A stretch of DNA of 64,000 bases. Source: an uncultured Spirochaetota bacterium (GTDB lineage: Bacteria; Spirochaetota; Brevinematia; Brevinematales; JAOACQ01). The stretch is from positions 128,001-192,000 of the forward strand of contig CAVYGN010000002.1 of NCBI GenBank assembly GCA_963768055.1, read 5' to 3'. Position 1 is the first letter of the stretch; the number at the start of each line of letters is the position of its first letter. A program made the translations under genes and the position numbers. The notes beneath the pieces are model-generated. The model worked only from the letters and a program-made list of their open reading frames with translations, was not told where the DNA came from and did not search any database. Below, one piece after another: positions 58,679-64,000 of this stretch.

Positions 58679-58906
58679 TCTGGATGAATTCAATTTTTAT
58701 CGAGAAGTACTCGAGAGCTTGAGCCGTATCAGTTCAAAACAGCGGCAATCGCTGATTGAATACTTTTTTAATAAAAATTATTTTTTATCTATATGCATAG
58801 ATTAAATATAATGAGCGGTCTCGAATAAGCGCTTGCCTTTACTGTTTTTCACTGACGGCTTCTACGCCCTCTACGTAAGGGCTCGATAAAAATTATTTCA
58901 TCCAGA
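58679..58906 (+). repeat. Family-B complete copy (variant ends)
   Basis: Terminal inverted repeats TCTGGATGAA..AATTTTTATCGAG / CTCGATAAAAATT..TTCATCCAGA. Confidence 0.8.
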
Positions 58907-58968
58907 ACAGTCAATTGTTTTGAAATCAGCGGGAAAGGACTGGGTTTTTCTGCCATTTTTCGATGGCT

Positions 58969-59074
58969 TGTCATTTCGAGGAACACAGCGACGAGAAATC
59001 CAGCTTCGGGGAAGATTTCTCCCCGCCGGGGCGGGATAAGCCCTTACAGGATAAACACTTTGTTCGAAATGACA
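58969..59074. repeat. Family-C REP-like palindrome
   Basis: TGTCATTTCGA...GAGAAATC...GATTTCTC...TCGAAATGACA. Confidence 0.85.
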
Positions 59075-59216
59075 ATACTTTCATAATGCCCGCTGCCCGC
59101 CGACTTGCTAAATTTAAACCGCAGTGTTAAAATGTTGTGATTTTTTGGTTTTTCTTTAATAATTGTTTATTATATATAATAATTATATTTTTTATAAAAA
59201 AATTATGGAGGTTTGT

Positions 59217-59729
59217 ATGAGAATATGGATAATCGCTTTAATATTATTCTCACTGAATATCGTTTCTTACGCCGTTTCTTATGACAACCTGACACCCGCA
59301 CAGAGAAAAACCCTCTCTTCCGGCTGGTTAGAGGCGGGCCAGGCTTACTACGGAAACCATAAGAACGTAAAAGCTAAGAATTGCTTCATGTTTTCCAATG
59401 ACCTCTTTCCCATGGGTACTGATGCAGTGCAGGCCAGAGAGCTTTTAAAAAAATACTTCGGCCTTACGATAAAATACGATCCTGAAGTTCAATTCAAGGT
59501 TTATGTAAACAGCGCGGATACGGCAAAAGGCGAATACACGAATTATATAATAAACTATCTTTTAATGGCTTCTGAAATCAAGCAGGACAAAGATGTTCTG
59601 TACAGGATAGCCGTTCTTTACAATTCCCAAAACGATAAGGATAACGCTTCCGAGTTTTTGAAAAAAGCCCTCGCCGCAGGATACCCCTCCGATTCAGTCG
59701 ATCCTGGTTTGAAAGAACTTGTAAAGTAG
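59217..59729 (+). CDS. Exported TPR-like protein
   Basis: GGAGG RBS, signal peptide, LYRIA.LY......A..FL.KAL. Confidence 0.7.
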   Translation: MRIWIIALILFSLNIVSYAVSYDNLTPAQRKTLSSGWLEAGQAYYGNHKNVKAKNCFMFSNDLFPMGTDAVQARELLKKYFGLTIKYDPEVQFKVYVNSADTAKGEYTNYIINYLLMASEIKQDKDVLYRIAVLYNSQNDKDNASEFLKKALAAGYPSDSVDPGLKELVK

Positions 59730-59757
59730 TCCTTATTAATTTGAACCGGGGGTAATA

Positions 59758-61473
59758 GTGGAATTTTTACTCATTGCAGCAGCTCTTTTATTTTTAGTCG
59801 GGTATTACCTGTTCCATTCGATGCAGGATTTGAAGATTAAAAGGGCCGAAAAGGCCGTACAGACCGGCGATCTTGAAACCGCCCTCAGCATCTTCATGGA
59901 ATCTTTGAAAAAAAACCCTAACGATATAGACGCCTTGTGGCATCTTGGAAACATAAACGAGGAAAAAAAGCAATATCCCGAAGCCATCGGATATTACAGC
60001 AAGCTCATTGAATTAAACAAGGAGAGCAAGTTTTTTACCATTTATGAATTGTACAGAAGGGTCGGATTACTATACAGGGCGATAGACAGGGACCAGGACG
60101 CCCTTGATTTTCTCATGCAGGCGTATAATTTAATGCAGTCCTCAAAGGAAGTCCTTGAATCCATCGCTTCAATCATATTTTCCCAGAAGTATTTCCACAG
60201 GGCTATCCCTTATTTTGAAAAAGCCTATCAATTCCTTAAAAATAAGCCGGATTTTCTTAAAAATTACGGACTCTGCCTTATTATGGCCGAACATTTTAGT
60301 GAATCCGTAAATCTTCTGGAAGAATCCTCAAGGCTCGAAAGCCATGATTACCAGACCAGGTACATACTTGCCTATGTTTATTTTCATACAGGGGCATTTC
60401 AAAAATCAAGGGAATTGCTGGAGGATATAGTCAATTCTGAAAGAATGTCGCTTAACAGCGAACAAGTGTATTTCGCGATTAAGATCCTTTTTTTAATCTA
60501 TCTTGAGGATAAGAACTACGAGATTTCAAGGCAGCTCGTGGCCCAGCTCCAGAATCTCAACGACAATAACCTGAAAAGTGAACTTCTGAATGAGGAAATC
60601 GATATGGCGTATATTTTCTTCAGGGTCCAACAGGGATATTATGACATGGCGCTTGAGAACATAAGCAAGAATATCAAATTTAAGGACGATATTGAGGATT
60701 TGAGCGACGATGAAATTCAGCGGGTCAAAGAAAACAGCAGCCATCTTTATGAAATGGTCTCCTCCCTCGACAAATATAAAAAGGAAAGGGAAAAAACTAT
60801 CTTAACGGGAAATAGGGCAAAGCAGGAACTGGACTTCGCGACCCTTGAATCCAAGGCTCAGTCGGCATCTAAAGAACTGGCCTCCATGTTTACGGAATGG
60901 AAAGATAAATTTATACCATCAGGGACAATATGGGAATTTTTTGCCCCGAAGAGAAAATCGGAATTCGATCCGACAATCATACTTGATAAATACGCCGAGG
61001 AAAGCGCTCAATCGCTTCGGAAGAAGTCCGCCCCCGTTATAACAGGTTCCATTGTAACGAATACGACTCCGGAAAAGGCCGAAGAAGACCTCTGTGAAGT
61101 TTTTCTTTCGGCTGATTTTCCCCGTTTCCTTGAAATGTCGATGAAACTGGTTGAAAATATGGGTTTTAAAGTTATAAACCAGGCGGTAAAGATCGATCCC
61201 CTCGCCTACTCCGAGGGCAAGGCTATAGATGTTCTCTGCGAGGAAAAGTATCAGCGGGATTCGAGGGTCCTGTTCTGCGTCCGCAGGTGGAAAGAACCCA
61301 TCGGTTATCTCAGCATTCAGCCCGTCGTTCAATCCCTTAAAGCATTACAGGCGTCCCGCCTTGTTATTGTTTCAACTTCAACCCTCTCCCCGGAAGCGGG
61401 CAGGGCTCTCGAAGGCAACCCGAATCTTCAGTTTTTTCTCTGTGACGAGGTGGCCGATCACTTCCGCGGTTAA
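59758..61473 (+). CDS. Membrane-anchored TPR protein with C-terminal Mrr-like restriction-endonuclease fold
   Basis: N-terminal TM, TPRs; C-terminal L...MGF.V...IDV......RRW..PIG...VSTS. Confidence 0.7.
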   Translation: MEFLLIAAALLFLVGYYLFHSMQDLKIKRAEKAVQTGDLETALSIFMESLKKNPNDIDALWHLGNINEEKKQYPEAIGYYSKLIELNKESKFFTIYELYRRVGLLYRAIDRDQDALDFLMQAYNLMQSSKEVLESIASIIFSQKYFHRAIPYFEKAYQFLKNKPDFLKNYGLCLIMAEHFSESVNLLEESSRLESHDYQTRYILAYVYFHTGAFQKSRELLEDIVNSERMSLNSEQVYFAIKILFLIYLEDKNYEISRQLVAQLQNLNDNNLKSELLNEEIDMAYIFFRVQQGYYDMALENISKNIKFKDDIEDLSDDEIQRVKENSSHLYEMVSSLDKYKKEREKTILTGNRAKQELDFATLESKAQSASKELASMFTEWKDKFIPSGTIWEFFAPKRKSEFDPTIILDKYAEESAQSLRKKSAPVITGSIVTNTTPEKAEEDLCEVFLSADFPRFLEMSMKLVENMGFKVINQAVKIDPLAYSEGKAIDVLCEEKYQRDSRVLFCVRRWKEPIGYLSIQPVVQSLKALQASRLVIVSTSTLSPEAGRALEGNPNLQFFLCDEVADHFRG

Positions 61474-61543
61474 AAAAACAACCACCCGGGTGAAATAAAA
61501 ATCATTTCCTTTCGTCTTAATAATCAGGACCGGTAAAATAAAT

Positions 61544-62104
61544 ATGAAAAGCGGGCTCAATATTACTAAAAGCATAATCGATTTTTTCAAGTCCCAGAAG
61601 GGCAAGATCCTGCATTTTATAAGAAAAAACCTGAGGGATAGCGCTGAACGGGACGCCGAAGATATTCTACAGGATGTAATGCTTTATATACTCGAATATG
61701 CCGACCCGGCCGTCCCGATCGAGAACCTCACGGCTTATATATACAAATCGATCAGGAACAGGATCATAGATCAGTACAGGAAACCTAAAAAAACCCTGTC
61801 CCTTGACGAACCTTACAACGGCGAAGATACTCCGGCATTTTCGGAGATATTGTCGGATTTGAGCTACGACACTCATAACGAGGTGGAAAGAAAAGAAATA
61901 ATGGAACGGCTATATAAGGCCCTGGATGCCCTGCCTGCCGAACAAAAGGCCGTATGGTCGGCAGTAGAACTTGAAGGCTGGCATTTTGAGGAGCTGTCTT
62001 TACTATGGGAAGAACCCATAGGCACGCTCCTGGCGAGAAAATTCAGGGCCACAGCCGCGCTTAGAAAAAAGCTTAGCGACCTGATAATATATAATATAAA
62101 TTAA
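61544..62104 (+). CDS. ECF sigma factor
   Basis: DAEDILQDV, RNRIID.YRK, ALD.LP.EQ, PIGTLL.RK. Confidence 0.92.
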   Translation: MKSGLNITKSIIDFFKSQKGKILHFIRKNLRDSAERDAEDILQDVMLYILEYADPAVPIENLTAYIYKSIRNRIIDQYRKPKKTLSLDEPYNGEDTPAFSEILSDLSYDTHNEVERKEIMERLYKALDALPAEQKAVWSAVELEGWHFEELSLLWEEPIGTLLARKFRATAALRKKLSDLIIYNIN

Positions 62105-62114
62105 GGAGGAAGAT

Positions 62115-62567
62115 ATGCCTGATTTTAAAGGATATCACTATCACCATGGAGGGCCCGCCTATGCGATCAGGGCAATCATGAGCGTGATCATAATGATTAT
62201 ATTCGCGTTGATATTCGGCTACGTAGTCCAGCTGCTATGGAACTGGCTCATGCCCGGCCTGTTCAGCCTTAAACAGATAGGCTACTGGGAAGGTTTCGGA
62301 ATAGTAATCTTGGCGCGTATACTATTCGGCTCCTTTTTACCCCATCCTTCTCCACATGAAAATTGGCGGGCAAGAAGTTATTTTAGGCAAATGGCAAGGG
62401 ATGAAGATTTCATGAAGGGAAACGACAGGTGGAAAAAATGGAAATTTTACGGGGATTACTGGAAGGAAGAAGGCAGGGAGGCTTTCAAAAAATATGTCGA
62501 AAGGCATGAAGGGGAAACTACGGGAAATGAATATAAAGAGAATGAGACTAATGAAGGCGATAAATAA
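62115..62567 (+). CDS. Membrane protein downstream of ECF sigma (possible anti-sigma)
   Basis: VV.LLWNWLMP.LF.L..I.YW motif, two TMs. Confidence 0.7.
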   Translation: MPDFKGYHYHHGGPAYAIRAIMSVIIMIIFALIFGYVVQLLWNWLMPGLFSLKQIGYWEGFGIVILARILFGSFLPHPSPHENWRARSYFRQMARDEDFMKGNDRWKKWKFYGDYWKEEGREAFKKYVERHEGETTGNEYKENETNEGDK

Positions 62568-62582
62568 AGCCTTCAGACAAGC

Positions 62583-62606
62583 GGGGCTGCCTTTTTAGAC
62601 AGCCCC
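62583..62606. terminator. Hairpin between convergent genes
   Basis: GGGGCTGCCT-TTTT-AGACAGCCCC. Confidence 0.55.
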
Positions 62607-62900
62607 TCAGTCATGTAAAAGTATGTCTGTTTTAAAAGAAACAATCTTGTCCGGATGAAAACTCTCTATTAAATTAAAAACATTTGATAAAACTTTTTGC
62701 AGGTAAGATGAATCCCCCGATATCGCCGCGACCGCTAACCTGGCCCTCGGGGTGACTTCTTCCGTTTCCGTGATTTCGGATATGCTGACATTGAATCTTT
62801 TTTTAACCATATCCTTGATGCTTCTGAGTACGTTCCGCCGTTCCTTTATTGTTTCCCGGTAAGGTATCGACATATCGATAGATAGAATTCCTATATACAT
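62607..62900 (-). CDS. DUF503 (YlxP-like) protein
   Basis: M.IG.L.I...IP....KE.R....IK.....FNVSISE. Confidence 0.82.
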   Translation of the reverse strand: MYIGILSIDMSIPYRETIKERRNVLRSIKDMVKKRFNVSISEITETEEVTPRARLAVAAISGDSSYLQKVLSNVFNLIESFHPDKIVSFKTDILLHD

Positions 62901-62908
62901 AATGCAGC

Positions 62909-64000
62909 TCAAGCGTCTTTCAAAAATGCTTTATAAGCCCTGTAAGTCTCATAAAGATCGCCCTTACTCACCACTTCGAAGGGAGAATGCATTCCATCCA
63001 CCCCGACTCCGCAATCCACGACTGATATTCCCCTATCGGCTAAATACATCGCCACAGTCCCGCCGCCGCCTTCGTCAACCTTTCCAAGGACGCTGGGCTG
63101 CCATACTACTCCATTATCGTTAAAAATCTTCCTGACCTTTGCCATAAGTTCGGCTGAGGCATCGCTTGCGCCATATTTTCCCCTCGAACCCGTATATTTT
63201 TCCAGAAGGACGCCGTAACCCATTTTCGGAGCGTTTGTAGAATCAAAAACGTCTTTGAACATAGGGTTTATAACCGCACCCACATCCCCCGAAATACAGA
63301 ACGATTTTTCAAGCGTTTTCCTCAATTCAGATTCCCTGTATTCGGGGTATCCAAGACCCAGAACACTCCCTACGGAGTTATATAGAAACATGGAGCGAAT
63401 TCCTGTAATTCCGTAAGAACCTATTTCTTCTTTATCCACGAGCAGGGACATTATCGTCCTTTCAGGGACGCCGGTATAATCTATCACCGAACGGAAAGCG
63501 GCGTAGCTGCAGGACCTGTCGTCATGCCCATATGCGCCCACCATGCTCCTGTCAAAACCAACGTCGCGCGCTTTGTAAGCCGGTACGATCTCGATTTCGG
63601 CGGATATAAAATCCTCTTCGGTCAGGCCGTATTGCTCGTTTAAAATCTGGAGTGTCATTGCTTTTACTTTATCCTGAACTTCATTATCCCTGGATGGAAT
63701 GTTGCCTATAAGTACCTTCAGGTTTTCGCCGTCAATGCCGTCCAGGAGCTTTTTCTCGCCCTGGATCTTGCCCGCGAGGTGCGGAAGTATATCGTTTATA
63801 GTGAAAACCGGGTCATTCTCATCCTCCCCCAGGGAGAGGTCAAGAGACTCGCCGTTTGTTTTAATGATCGTTCCATGGATTGCGAGGGGCATATTCAACC
63901 ACTGGTACTTTTTGATCCCCCCGTAGTAATGTGTTTTTAAAAGCGCCATGTCCGAATCCTCGACTACAGGGAGAGGTTTAAGGTCAAGCCTAGGTGCGTC
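62909..64000 (-). CDS. M18-family aminopeptidase (5' end outside window)
   Basis: THYYGGIKKYQW, YGHDDR, DKEEIGS, GKVDEGGGGT, MHSP.E. Confidence 0.93.
   Translation of the reverse strand, partial: DAPRLDLKPLPVVEDSDMALLKTHYYGGIKKYQWLNMPLAIHGTIIKTNGESLDLSLGEDENDPVFTINDILPHLAGKIQGEKKLLDGIDGENLKVLIGNIPSRDNEVQDKVKAMTLQILNEQYGLTEEDFISAEIEIVPAYKARDVGFDRSMVGAYGHDDRSCSYAAFRSVIDYTGVPERTIMSLLVDKEEIGSYGITGIRSMFLYNSVGSVLGLGYPEYRESELRKTLEKSFCISGDVGAVINPMFKDVFDSTNAPKMGYGVLLEKYTGSRGKYGASDASAELMAKVRKIFNDNGVVWQPSVLGKVDEGGGGTVAMYLADRGISVVDCGVGVDGMHSPFEVVSKGDLYETYRAYKAFLKDA

Overview
Bacterial chromosome segment, most likely from a spirochaete (inferred from the L34 C-terminus LTVSDE, TPR/PilZ/lipoprotein repertoire and diderm LptB/TonB genes). 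It is mostly housekeeping: emrAB-type efflux, two S41 proteases, MoxR/DUF58, lptB, accD, secA, purM, rpmH-rnpA-yidD, tRNA-Phe, tRNA-Thr, trxB, maf, lepA, uvrC, nadC, tmRNA, an ABC exporter, an ECF sigma factor and an M18 aminopeptidase. No CRISPR array, integrase or transposase was seen. The unexplained structure is: (1) a short inverted-repeat family (GGAACCAC.GATTTCACAGAT) that brackets or precedes three AT-rich accessory genes or gene pairs, including a defence-like ATPase + DUF4276 pair, in a cassette-like way; (2) a reduced rnfCDEA operon lacking rnfG/rnfB with eroded cofactor motifs; (3) a 68-bp tandem repeat inside that operon making two 22-aa TAATG-coupled mini-ORFs; (4) several intergenic repeat/MITE families arranged as composite clusters; (5) a cluster of exported ankyrin proteins and apparently catalytically eroded beta-lactamase-fold proteins; (6) a split RLAN/ATP-grasp/GNAT operon. 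All protein calls come from motif recognition by eye, not database searches.
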